DNA from: Acidimicrobiia bacterium | GTDB lineage: Bacteria; Actinomycetota; Acidimicrobiia; Spongiisociales; ZC4RG35 | Reading direction: 5' to 3' | Length of the DNA: 64,000 nucleotides | NCBI GenBank assembly: GCA_028285585.1 | Contig: JANQOU010000008.1 | Span: 116,298-180,297 of the forward strand | Part shown: piece after piece, positions 54,449-62,780 of the stretch | Position numbering within the stretch: the stretch's first letter is position 1 | Layout of the letters: every line of letters starts with the position of its first letter | The notes under the pieces: generated by a model | The model's database searches: none | Seen by the model: the letters and a program-made list of their open reading frames with translations, nothing else | Told to the model about the DNA's origin: nothing | Position numbers and translations under genes: made by a program

Positions 54449-56223
54449 GCCGGAACTCCCACACCAGTCCAGACACCCATGCTGAGGGCGTCGGTCGGAC
54501 ACCTTTCAATGCACAAGGCACACCTGATACAGCGCTCCTCGTCCAAGAGAAGAGCTGTGCTGCCACGCGCCGTCACGTCGACCCGCTCTGCCGGGACCAG
54601 CGAGATGACATCCACCGGGCAAACGTCCGAGCAGAGAGCGCAGAGGACGCACTTCTGGACATCGAGGAGGATGTTGCCGAAGCAACGCAAGCAGCGGCTC
54701 GCCTCGAGTCGAGCCATCTCCTCGGTGAACCCCGTATCAACTTCGGCTAGGCCGATACGCCGCCCGGTGTCGAGGGTTGGGACATCGACTCTGTCGTAAC
54801 GGTCGTAGGTGTCGTCGAAACGGTGGAAGTCGGGCACGACCTCCATGTGCCCACGGGTTCGATCTGGCACTTCGCCACCGAAATGCCGGTGAATGTCTTC
54901 GGCAGACCTTCGGCCGTCGGCGATGGCGTCGATCAAGGTCCGGGGGCCCTTGGCTGCATCTCCGCCCGACCAGATGCTCTCGATCGAGGATCTACCCGTC
55001 TCGGGGTCTATCTGAATGGTCCTCCTCGGCGAGATGTCAGGGCCGTCGGGACCCAAGGCGTCGAGATCGATTGCCTGTCCGATGGCCAAGATGACTGTGT
55101 CTGCATCGAGGACGCTTCTGTCCTCCTGGTCGAACTCGGGGGCGAAACGGCCTTCGGAGTCGAACACCGAGAGCACCCCTATCGTCTCCAAGCCGGTCAC
55201 CGTGTTTGTCTCGCCGGTGACGATTCTCGCCGGGCCTCGGCGGTGGACGAACTTGATCCCTTCCTTCTCGGCCTCTTCGATCTCAAACTCATGCGCAGGC
55301 ATCTCCTTGCGGTTCTCCAGGGAGATCACCGTGATGTCGCGAGCTCCGGCACGGGCCGCGGTTCGGGCCGCATCGAAGGCGACTTGGAGAGATGGGCCCT
55401 CATCGTCGTGAACACCTCTGTCGGCGGCAGCCGAGTACTCGTCGGCCCTCAAGGCTGTTCTGGCAGCGTCCATGGCGACGTCTCCGCCACCGATGACGAC
55501 AACTCGCTCGCCGACTTCCACCTCGAAGCCACGGTTCATGTTGATGAGAAACTCGATGGCGCGGAACACACCGTCGGCCTCGTTGCCTTCGATGTCGAGG
55601 CCCCGCCCCAGCGTGGCGCCGATCGCCAGGAACAGAGCGTCATGACGCTCGCGTAGCTCACCGAGAGAGACGTCATGTCCCAGACGCGTGTCGTACTCGA
55701 CTTCAACGCCGAGGCTGAGAATGGCGTCGACGTCGCGCTGCAGGACGTCTCTATCAAGCCGATACTCCGGGATCCCCAGCCACATCGCCCCGCCCAGCTT
55801 GTCCGTGGCCTCATACACGGTGACCTGATACCCCCACTTGCGCAGGTCATGAGCGGCAGCCAAGCCCGCGGGACCGCCGCCGACGATGCCGACGCTTTCT
55901 GCCCTTTCGACTGGAGGAGGGGAGGCCACCGTCTTCCAGGCCTCGCCGTCGACTTCCGTCCCGTACTTCTCCGTCACGAAGCGCTTCAGCGCTCGAATTG
56001 CTATCGGCTTGTCGATCTCGCCGCGCCGACAGGCGTCTTCACAGGGCGCGGCACAGACACGGCCGCAGACCGAGGCGAAAGGGTTGGGGAGACGGGCGGT
56101 CATGTAGGCCAACTCGTCGTTGCCGTCTGCGATGGCAGCCACATACATGCCCGCGTTGGTGTGGACTGGGCAGGCAGCGAGACACGGGATATTCTGGTCG
56201 TAGAAGTGGAGATCCCAGCTCAT
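54445..56223 (-). CDS. GltD-like FAD/NAD(P)-binding oxidoreductase with N-terminal Fe-S site and two C-terminal ferredoxin-type [4Fe-4S] motifs
   Basis: PCLAACPVHTN...CGRVCAAPCEDACRRG, dinucleotide fold IVGGGPAGLAAAHDL and VVVIGGGDVAMD, C-terminal CVLCALCSDVCP and CIRCALCIERCP. ATG 56223 overlaps upstream TGA. Confidence 0.85.
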   Translation of the reverse strand: MSWDLHFYDQNIPCLAACPVHTNAGMYVAAIADGNDELAYMTARLPNPFASVCGRVCAAPCEDACRRGEIDKPIAIRALKRFVTEKYGTEVDGEAWKTVASPPPVERAESVGIVGGGPAGLAAAHDLRKWGYQVTVYEATDKLGGAMWLGIPEYRLDRDVLQRDVDAILSLGVEVEYDTRLGHDVSLGELRERHDALFLAIGATLGRGLDIEGNEADGVFRAIEFLINMNRGFEVEVGERVVVIGGGDVAMDAARTALRADEYSAAADRGVHDDEGPSLQVAFDAARTAARAGARDITVISLENRKEMPAHEFEIEEAEKEGIKFVHRRGPARIVTGETNTVTGLETIGVLSVFDSEGRFAPEFDQEDRSVLDADTVILAIGQAIDLDALGPDGPDISPRRTIQIDPETGRSSIESIWSGGDAAKGPRTLIDAIADGRRSAEDIHRHFGGEVPDRTRGHMEVVPDFHRFDDTYDRYDRVDVPTLDTGRRIGLAEVDTGFTEEMARLEASRCLRCFGNILLDVQKCVLCALCSDVCPVDVISLVPAERVDVTARGSTALLLDEERCIRCALCIERCPTDALSMGVWTGVGVPA

Positions 56224-57068
56224 ATCCGCTTCTCCCGCTGGAACCACCACAAGCCCAGGATGCCGATGCCCAGGGCACCGGCCCAGACGGCTGTCGTAAC
56301 GAAGTCTTGGACGCCTCTCGGCAGCCGGGTCATCACCTCTGTGGACAGCAGAAGTGAAGGCAGGAAGACAGTGGTTGCGGCGAAGTACACCACTATGAGC
56401 CCGCCCTTCAGAGCCGCATCGAGCCGATTCGGGCTCCTGCGATCGATGACTCCGATGATCCGCGGCGCGAGGACCCAGAGGGCGATCCCGATCGCGATGA
56501 GATAGGCAACGGAACTGAAGGTCCCGACCACCGCAGGAAGCGTGGTCCCGGCTACGGGGCCTGCGCTCTCCGGCGCGGGTGGCGTGCCGCCGGGGACAAC
56601 GAGGTCGTTCTGGAGGAAAGCGATGACTGCGTCGACCTGGTCGTCGTCGAGTGTGCCGAACGAGGGCATGACAGCGTCATAGGTCTCGCCGTTGACTTCG
56701 ATGGGACCGGATAGGCCATTCTGGATGACCTCTCGCAGGTAGTCGGTGTCGTCGATGCGCGGGTTGCCCTTCAAAGGTGGAAAGGCACCCGAGAGGCCGA
56801 GGCCGCTGGGCTGATGACAGGAGGAGCAATTGTTTGTGTAGACCTGCTGACCCTGTGCTAGTTGCTCCGTGTTCTGGTCATCGCCGGACTGCGCCAAGCC
56901 GGTGACCGGTATCAGAAGAAAGGCGATGAATGCGACCACAAGCACCAAGGTGCCCGTGCGGGGGCTCCTCCACTTGTCATCCGCTCTCGCGGCGTCCACC
57001 CGGACCTCCTGTGATCGCGTCGAATCCACAAGATGGACCCGTCCCCTCCATGGTCTACGAGGAGACAC
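56220..57068 (-). CDS. Monohaem cytochrome c with C-terminal multi-TM domain
   Basis: Signal/anchor, CSSCH, Met region (DAVMPSF), then about 3 hydrophobic helices. Start position uncertain. Confidence 0.8.
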   Translation of the reverse strand: MSPRRPWRGRVHLVDSTRSQEVRVDAARADDKWRSPRTGTLVLVVAFIAFLLIPVTGLAQSGDDQNTEQLAQGQQVYTNNCSSCHQPSGLGLSGAFPPLKGNPRIDDTDYLREVIQNGLSGPIEVNGETYDAVMPSFGTLDDDQVDAVIAFLQNDLVVPGGTPPAPESAGPVAGTTLPAVVGTFSSVAYLIAIGIALWVLAPRIIGVIDRRSPNRLDAALKGGLIVVYFAATTVFLPSLLLSTEVMTRLPRGVQDFVTTAVWAGALGIGILGLWWFQREKRI

Positions 57069-57172
57069 TTCAATCGGAAGGGCCTTTTGGCCCTATTGGC
57101 TCGCAACATCCGTCAGCAACCTTGCACAGGACAGGTTGAGAAGATGGGAGTTTCGTGACGACCGAGTCGGAA

Positions 57173-57307
57173 ATGGCGCCTAGCTCCGAGCAGGAGCACT
57201 TCAAGCCGGTGGGGACGGTGTTCATCCTCGCCGCTTTCGTGCTCACCATCATCCTGCTGTGGGGCTCGGTCTACTTGATTCTGTTGAGTCGGGGCGCAAC
57301 CGGATGA
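57173..57307 (+). CDS. cbaD: ba3-type cytochrome c oxidase subunit IIa (not in ORF track)
   Basis: Hand translation MAPSSEQEHFKPVGTVFILAAFVLTIILLWGSVYLILLSRGATG; pattern KP.G...TI..W..VY....RG as in Thermus CbaD. TGA overlaps subunit II ATG (ATGA). Alternative GTG start at 57155. Confidence 0.65.
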   Translation: MAPSSEQEHFKPVGTVFILAAFVLTIILLWGSVYLILLSRGATG

Positions 57308-57834
57308 GCCCGACCTCAGAGAAGACCAAGGAGTCGATGGGGGTCGACCCGTTCGAGCGCAACTGGATGATCTTCAGCATCGGCATGCTGGTGGTGTTCT
57401 TCACACTGGTCACGGTGGCCGGATTCGCTCTCGGCTTCCAGGTGCCCGGAGTGGAGACGAAGGTGGACCCTCGAACCGTCACCGTTGACCCTGCCTCACC
57501 TTTCTCAGAGCCGGGCCTCAGAAAAGTGTCGGAAGGCAATTACGAGGCGTATGTCGTGGCCCGGACTTTCAGCTACGAGCCCCGCGAGATAGAAGTCCCG
57601 GTGGGCTCAAAAGTGACGATCTACGTGACCAGCCCCGATGTTCAGCACGGCTTCAAGGTGCAGGACACCAACATCAACATGCAGATCGTCCCCGGGCAGG
57701 TGTCGAAGCTCGAGTACACCTTCGATCGGGTTGGGGAGTTTCCGTACATCTGCACCGAGTTCTGCGGGATCGGGCACGCCGCAATGTTCGGAGTGGTCAA
57801 GGTCGTACAGCCCGGTGAAGGAGGTGACCAGTGA
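57304..57834 (+). CDS. cbaB: ba3-type cytochrome c oxidase subunit II (CuA)
   Basis: One TM plus cupredoxin; CuA site HGF...CTEFCGIGHAAM. ATG 57304 preferred over GTG 57259. Confidence 0.9.
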   Translation: MSPTSEKTKESMGVDPFERNWMIFSIGMLVVFFTLVTVAGFALGFQVPGVETKVDPRTVTVDPASPFSEPGLRKVSEGNYEAYVVARTFSYEPREIEVPVGSKVTIYVTSPDVQHGFKVQDTNINMQIVPGQVSKLEYTFDRVGEFPYICTEFCGIGHAAMFGVVKVVQPGEGGDQ

Positions 57835-59495
57835 CGGTCTCCGACGTGAAGGTGGGCTATGAGCTGACGACGAAGGAGAAGCGGTTCATCGGATGGCACA
57901 TCCTGGTTGCCGTCCTCGCTCTCCTGATAGGCAGCCTCATGGGGCCGCTTCAATCGTTCGAGTTCTCAGGGCTGAACCTCTATCGATACCTGGAGCCCAT
58001 CCTTCAGGACTACTACCAGGGCCTCACGCTGCACGGAGTCCTCAACGCTCTCGTCTGGACGACCTTCTTCATCGTCGGGTTCACGAACCTGACGACCATC
58101 AAGGGACTGGGCCGACCGCTGTCTCACCCGCTGGTGAACAAGATCGGCTTCTGGACGATGCTGACCGGGCTGGTGATGACAGCCGTGCCTCTGCTGCTGG
58201 GCGAAGCCACGGTGCTCTACACCTTCTACCCGCCACTCGAAGCCAGCTGGGCGTTCTATCTGGGATTGACCCTCGTCGTAGTCGGAAGCTGGATCGAGGG
58301 GTACGGGTTCTTCCTCACCTACCGCGGCTGGCGCAAGGACAACCCCGGCGTGCGGTCACCGTTCATCGCCTTCGCCGGCGTCCTCAACATGGCCATGTGG
58401 CAGATCGCCACGCTCGGCATAGCGGTCGAGATCCTGACCATGCTCCTCCCCTGGTCGGTCGGGCTCATCGATGCCACCGATCCTGAGCTGGCCCGGACCT
58501 ATTTCTGGTTCACCGGGCACCCTCTTGTCTACTTCTGGCTGCTGCCGGCATACATCTCCTGGTACGCGATGCTGCCCAAGCAGGCCGGGGGCAAGCTGTT
58601 CAGCGACTCGCTGGCGCGGCTCGCGTTCTGGCTGTTCCTGCTGGTCTCGATTCCCGTCGGGTTCCACCATCAGTTCGTCGATCCCGGAATCCCGGAAGGC
58701 TGGAAGTGGATACATGCGGGGCTCACCTACGCAGTGTTCTTCCCATCGATGCTGACTGCGTTCACGGTCATTGCCTCGCTCGAGCACGCTGCCAAGCAGC
58801 GCGGCGGCAAAGGGCTGGTCGGGTGGATTCGCGCCTTGCCGTGGTCGGATCCGTCGGTGTCGGCACAGCTTCTCGCCGGGATTCTGTTCATGTTTGGCGG
58901 CATCGGGGGGCTGGTCAACGCCAGCTACAACATCAACACCGTCATCCACAACACGGCTTGGGTGCCGGGGCACTTCCACCTCACCGTCGCCACAGCGGTG
59001 ACACTCTCGTTCATTGGCATCAGCTACTGGCTGGTCCCACATCTCTCCGGGAGGAAGCTGTGGAAGCCCAAATGGGCCGTGATTCAGACGTGGACGTGGT
59101 TCGTGGGAATGATCATCTTCTCCAATGCGATGCACGTCCTTGGCCTGCTCGGAGCGCCGCGGCGGACCCCGTTGGGGCAAGCTCCGTACGTTCCCGAGGA
59201 GTGGGCCGGCCACCTTCTCCGGGTGAGCATCGGTGGCGGCATCCTCTTCATCGCCGTGATCATGTACGTCTGGACCATGTACAAGACGGTTCGCGGCCCG
59301 AAGGTCGACCCCTCCGAGGTTCCCGAAGTGCCGATCGCCGAATCGATGCGTCATCCACAGCTCACCCCGGCCTGGCTCGATACCTTCAAGCCTTGGCTCA
59401 TCGGAGCGATCGTGCTGATCCTGGTGGCCTACGGCCCACAGCTGTTCGAGCAGATCTCAAACATCTCTCTGAACTCACCCGGCATCGGTCCGTAG
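57831..59495 (+). CDS. cbaA: ba3-type (B-family) cytochrome c oxidase subunit I
   Basis: YFWFTGHPLVYFWLLPAY and other haem-copper oxidase blocks closely resembling Thermus ba3 subunit I. Confidence 0.9.
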   Translation: MTVSDVKVGYELTTKEKRFIGWHILVAVLALLIGSLMGPLQSFEFSGLNLYRYLEPILQDYYQGLTLHGVLNALVWTTFFIVGFTNLTTIKGLGRPLSHPLVNKIGFWTMLTGLVMTAVPLLLGEATVLYTFYPPLEASWAFYLGLTLVVVGSWIEGYGFFLTYRGWRKDNPGVRSPFIAFAGVLNMAMWQIATLGIAVEILTMLLPWSVGLIDATDPELARTYFWFTGHPLVYFWLLPAYISWYAMLPKQAGGKLFSDSLARLAFWLFLLVSIPVGFHHQFVDPGIPEGWKWIHAGLTYAVFFPSMLTAFTVIASLEHAAKQRGGKGLVGWIRALPWSDPSVSAQLLAGILFMFGGIGGLVNASYNINTVIHNTAWVPGHFHLTVATAVTLSFIGISYWLVPHLSGRKLWKPKWAVIQTWTWFVGMIIFSNAMHVLGLLGAPRRTPLGQAPYVPEEWAGHLLRVSIGGGILFIAVIMYVWTMYKTVRGPKVDPSEVPEVPIAESMRHPQLTPAWLDTFKPWLIGAIVLILVAYGPQLFEQISNISLNSPGIGP

Positions 59496-59502
59496 ACGGC
59501 AG

Positions 59503-61665
59503 ATGGACGGCGGCGGCGAGGCGAGAGACCCCGCCAAGCATCCCTACATCGATGGACTGGCCCGTGTCACGTTTGCCGCGGAGTCACCGGTGCGGCGGTT
59601 GGTCGGGTCCGGCCGGCTCAACCCGCTTCCGCATGCCGGGACCATCAGCGTGGTCCTCTTCATCATCGTGGTGATCACCGGGGTCTACATCACCCTGTTC
59701 TTCGAATTCGGCTTCGAGGCCTCGCATCGTTCGGTGGAGAGGCTGACGTCGCATCCGATTCAACGGTTCATGCGGAGCCTGCACCGGTACTCGTCAGCCG
59801 CACTCGTGCTGACGACAGTCGTTCATGGCTGGAGGATCTTCGTCGCGTCGCGATTCAATGGGCCACGGCGTTGGCGATGGTTGACCGGCCTCAGCGCCCT
59901 TCTGGTCGTCTTCCTGGCCGGTGTGACCGGCTACTGGCTGCTTTGGGACGAACGGGCCCAGCTTCTCAACGAGGCGACTGCCTCTGTGTTCGACGACCTG
60001 GGGCTGGACACGGTCGTCGTCAGCTCTGTCCTCACCGCCGATGGCAGTGGCTGGCAGGTCTTGTTGCTGATCTGGTTCGTCCACCTGCTCACCACCGCCG
60101 TGATCGGATGGTTCCTATGGAGGCACCTCCGCCGGACAAGTCTGCCGTGGCTGCCACCTCGTCTGTGGACCTGGCTGATGGTCGGTGCGCTGGGGCTCGT
60201 GTCGATCGCGTTTCCGGCAGAGCTCCTTCGGATCGCAGATCCTTCGAATCTCGTCGACAGCGTGCCGGTCGACCCCTTCTTCCTGTTCTTGCTTCCAGGC
60301 CTTGCCGCTCTCCCCGGGCCGCTGGTGTTGGCAGTGTTCGGATCGATCTCGGCTTTCGTGGCTGGCCTCCCGTGGCTGCTGGCACGCGGCAAGTCCCAGG
60401 TGGTGACAATCGACGCCAACCTGTGCACCGGATGCGAACTGTGTGTTGTCGACTGTCCTTATCGCGCCCTTCAGATGATCTCGCTAGGCGAGCGAGTGAT
60501 CGCCGAGGTCGACCCGGCGTTGTGTGTCGCCTGCGGCATCTGCATCGGATCATGCGTCTTCGACGCCATCGACCTTCCCGGTGCCACACTCCCCCAAGCC
60601 GCCGACATCGCAGGCCGCGATGTGGTGGTCACCTGTGAGCGGCACCGGCAGCTGAGCGGAGTGAATGATCGCTACGTTCTCACCGTCCGCTGCGCGGGTG
60701 TGGTGAGTCCAACAGCGCTCACGAGGCTCCTCAAGAAGGGTGCCCGGTCGGTGCAGGTCGTCGGCTGCCCGCCAGCGGACTGTGCGTTTGGAGTCGGCAA
60801 TCAACTGGCCGAGGAGCGGATGTCAGGTGAGCGCCGTCCCCATGTGCCGCGGGGCTCTGCCGCCATGATCAGCCGCGACTTCGTGGCGCCTACCGCACTC
60901 GAGCACGCCATTGCAACGCCCGGGACCCACCTATCGGCCGACCCCCACGACATCCCCAGAAATCGAGTGCGGATCGGCATGACCGGTGCGATCGTGCTCG
61001 GCTCAATGCTCCTGGTCGGTCTTGCCACGACCATCGCCCTGACCGTCAACCGGCCGGAGGCCGCGGTCCTCGTCGTGGTCCACCACAAACCCGGAGCGGA
61101 GATCGCCGGCACCGGTGTGACCAGTGGATCTGTCGGCACACCCACGGTCCTCAGGACCGCCATCGGAGCTGCGCAGCCCACGGAAGAGCAGATCGGAGAC
61201 GGCGGTGTGGCGTCTGCCGTCGTCGAGTTGGCAGCTGACGCCGGGGAGACCCACCTGCTGATCGAACTGCTGGAGGGCGGAGACAGGACCGTCATCCAGG
61301 ATGGCAGCGTGCAGCTTGCTGCCGGTCGGCGCCTCGTGGTGATTGTGGAGGACGAGGTCAATGTGGACGCCGAGCTGGGCCGCCAGATCTTCGAGTCCTC
61401 CAAGGCAGGCTGCACCGTTTGCCACTCCGTCGACCCCGGCGTCGAGTTGGTTGGCCCGAACCTGTCAGATATGGGGACCGTGGCTGCGAGCAGAGCCCCC
61501 GGGTTGTCGGCCGAGGAGTATCTCTTGGAGTCGATCGTGGATCCGGACGCCTTCTTGGTCGACGGCTACCGGTCCGGGCAGATGCTGGATATCTATGAGG
61601 AGACTCTCACGAGTAGGGAAATCGAAGCACTAGTTGCATACTTGCAATCGCTGGAGGTCGAATGA
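59503..61665 (+). CDS. Multidomain fusion: dihaem cytochrome b domain + 2x[4Fe-4S] ferredoxin + MvhD/FlpD-like domain + TM + monohaem cytochrome c
   Basis: His94/His108 and His194/His208 each 14 residues apart in TM helices. Also CTGCELCVVDC and CVACGICIGSC; VVVTCERH...VRCAG...VVGCPPADCAFGVGNQLAEER; TM at residues 493-515; CTVCH with downstream Met. Starts 7 nt after the cbaA stop. Confidence 0.8.
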   Translation: MDGGGEARDPAKHPYIDGLARVTFAAESPVRRLVGSGRLNPLPHAGTISVVLFIIVVITGVYITLFFEFGFEASHRSVERLTSHPIQRFMRSLHRYSSAALVLTTVVHGWRIFVASRFNGPRRWRWLTGLSALLVVFLAGVTGYWLLWDERAQLLNEATASVFDDLGLDTVVVSSVLTADGSGWQVLLLIWFVHLLTTAVIGWFLWRHLRRTSLPWLPPRLWTWLMVGALGLVSIAFPAELLRIADPSNLVDSVPVDPFFLFLLPGLAALPGPLVLAVFGSISAFVAGLPWLLARGKSQVVTIDANLCTGCELCVVDCPYRALQMISLGERVIAEVDPALCVACGICIGSCVFDAIDLPGATLPQAADIAGRDVVVTCERHRQLSGVNDRYVLTVRCAGVVSPTALTRLLKKGARSVQVVGCPPADCAFGVGNQLAEERMSGERRPHVPRGSAAMISRDFVAPTALEHAIATPGTHLSADPHDIPRNRVRIGMTGAIVLGSMLLVGLATTIALTVNRPEAAVLVVVHHKPGAEIAGTGVTSGSVGTPTVLRTAIGAAQPTEEQIGDGGVASAVVELAADAGETHLLIELLEGGDRTVIQDGSVQLAAGRRLVVIVEDEVNVDAELGRQIFESSKAGCTVCHSVDPGVELVGPNLSDMGTVAASRAPGLSAEEYLLESIVDPDAFLVDGYRSGQMLDIYEETLTSREIEALVAYLQSLEVE

Positions 61666-61706
61666 CGAAAGACGATCGGATACCGGACGTGACGCCCGGG
61701 CCTGAG

Positions 61707-62102
61707 TCAAGGATCGGGGAAGATCTCCTCAGTGCCAGGCTGGTCGACGCCGTCGATGGTCCTGGTGCCAAGGAGCCGACCGTCGTCCATGATCTCGTAT
61801 CGAGCAGTGCCGGTGGAGACGCCACGGGAACCGTCAGCGATCACCCAGTCGACTTCGAGGAAGTCACCTTCGACTCGTCCCTCGCCGCGAATAATCGCAC
61901 CGGTGACCACCCACTCCATGACGACCTCGCCGGCAGCGTCGCCAGCCGTGATCGAGAGACGTCCGGTGTACTCAGCACCGACCGGGTCGACGCCGTTGAC
62001 GACATACGTACCGAGGATTCCGGGGCCTTGCTCGAGCTGGGCTCCGGGGAGACAACCCGCGAGAAGAACGGCGAAGAGAGTGAAGACGAGCGCCCTGACC
62101 AT
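61707..62102 (-). CDS. Hypothetical lipoprotein
   Basis: Lipobox LLAGC, coherent 131-aa sequence; the antisense + strand ORF here looks like a shadow extension. Confidence 0.6.
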   Translation of the reverse strand: MVRALVFTLFAVLLAGCLPGAQLEQGPGILGTYVVNGVDPVGAEYTGRLSITAGDAAGEVVMEWVVTGAIIRGEGRVEGDFLEVDWVIADGSRGVSTGTARYEIMDDGRLLGTRTIDGVDQPGTEEIFPDP

Positions 62103-62123
62103 GACGACGAGTCTACGACTGGG

Positions 62124-62780
62124 ATGCGGCCTCTCTTCAAGTGGCTGATCGGGTTCGGGCTTGTCGTCGTGCTGTCAGTGATGGCGTTTGCGATCTTCGA
62201 GCCAGTGCAGGTCCTCCCCCGGCTTCGCATCGGCCCTGGTTTCGCTCTGGTCGACCAGTCGGGCATGTCGCTCACCTCTGAGGATGGGCGCGGTGCGGTG
62301 ACCCTCTACACCTTTCTTCCCAGCGACTGCCTCGATGACTGCTCGTCCGTGAACGAGACGATGGCACAAGTCGGCGAGCGGGTGGCCTCACTGGATCTCG
62401 GGGACGCCGAATTCCGGCGGGTGACCGTGGCTCTCGACACCGACGAACCATCCGCACTGACCGCAGCAGCCGAGGCATCAGGAGCAGACGGCACGAGTTG
62501 GCGGTGGATCGGTGGGGACAATGAGACCTTGCGAACCGTGGTCGGCGAGGGGTTCGGCGTGTACTTCGAGGACACCGAGGACGGGGTGGCCTTCGACCCG
62601 GTCTACATAGTCGTGGATGGCAACGGGCTCGTTCGCGGTGACTACCGATACTCGACTCTCGCCTCCGATGCCGATCGGCTCACCAGGCACATCTCAATCC
62701 TCGCCGAGGAGTTGAGAAACGCGTCCGGTGCGGCTTCTCTCGTCTATGAGGCCGCCCACGTCTTTCTCTGTTACCCATGA
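62124..62780 (+). CDS. SCO1/SenC-like thioredoxin-fold protein (divergent)
   Basis: ATG 62124 gives TM anchor + FLPSDCLDDC (CxxxC). The 154-aa N-terminal extension in the ORF track is antisense to the lipoprotein gene. Confidence 0.65.
   Translation: MRPLFKWLIGFGLVVVLSVMAFAIFEPVQVLPRLRIGPGFALVDQSGMSLTSEDGRGAVTLYTFLPSDCLDDCSSVNETMAQVGERVASLDLGDAEFRRVTVALDTDEPSALTAAAEASGADGTSWRWIGGDNETLRTVVGEGFGVYFEDTEDGVAFDPVYIVVDGNGLVRGDYRYSTLASDADRLTRHISILAEELRNASGAASLVYEAAHVFLCYP

Noticed and set aside
61662-62123. 154-aa N-terminal extension of the SCO-like ORF (372-aa version)
   Set aside because: It is an acidic, unstructured-looking translation antisense to a coherent lipoprotein ORF with a lipobox. 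The SCO-like part begins with its own ATG and TM anchor at 62124.
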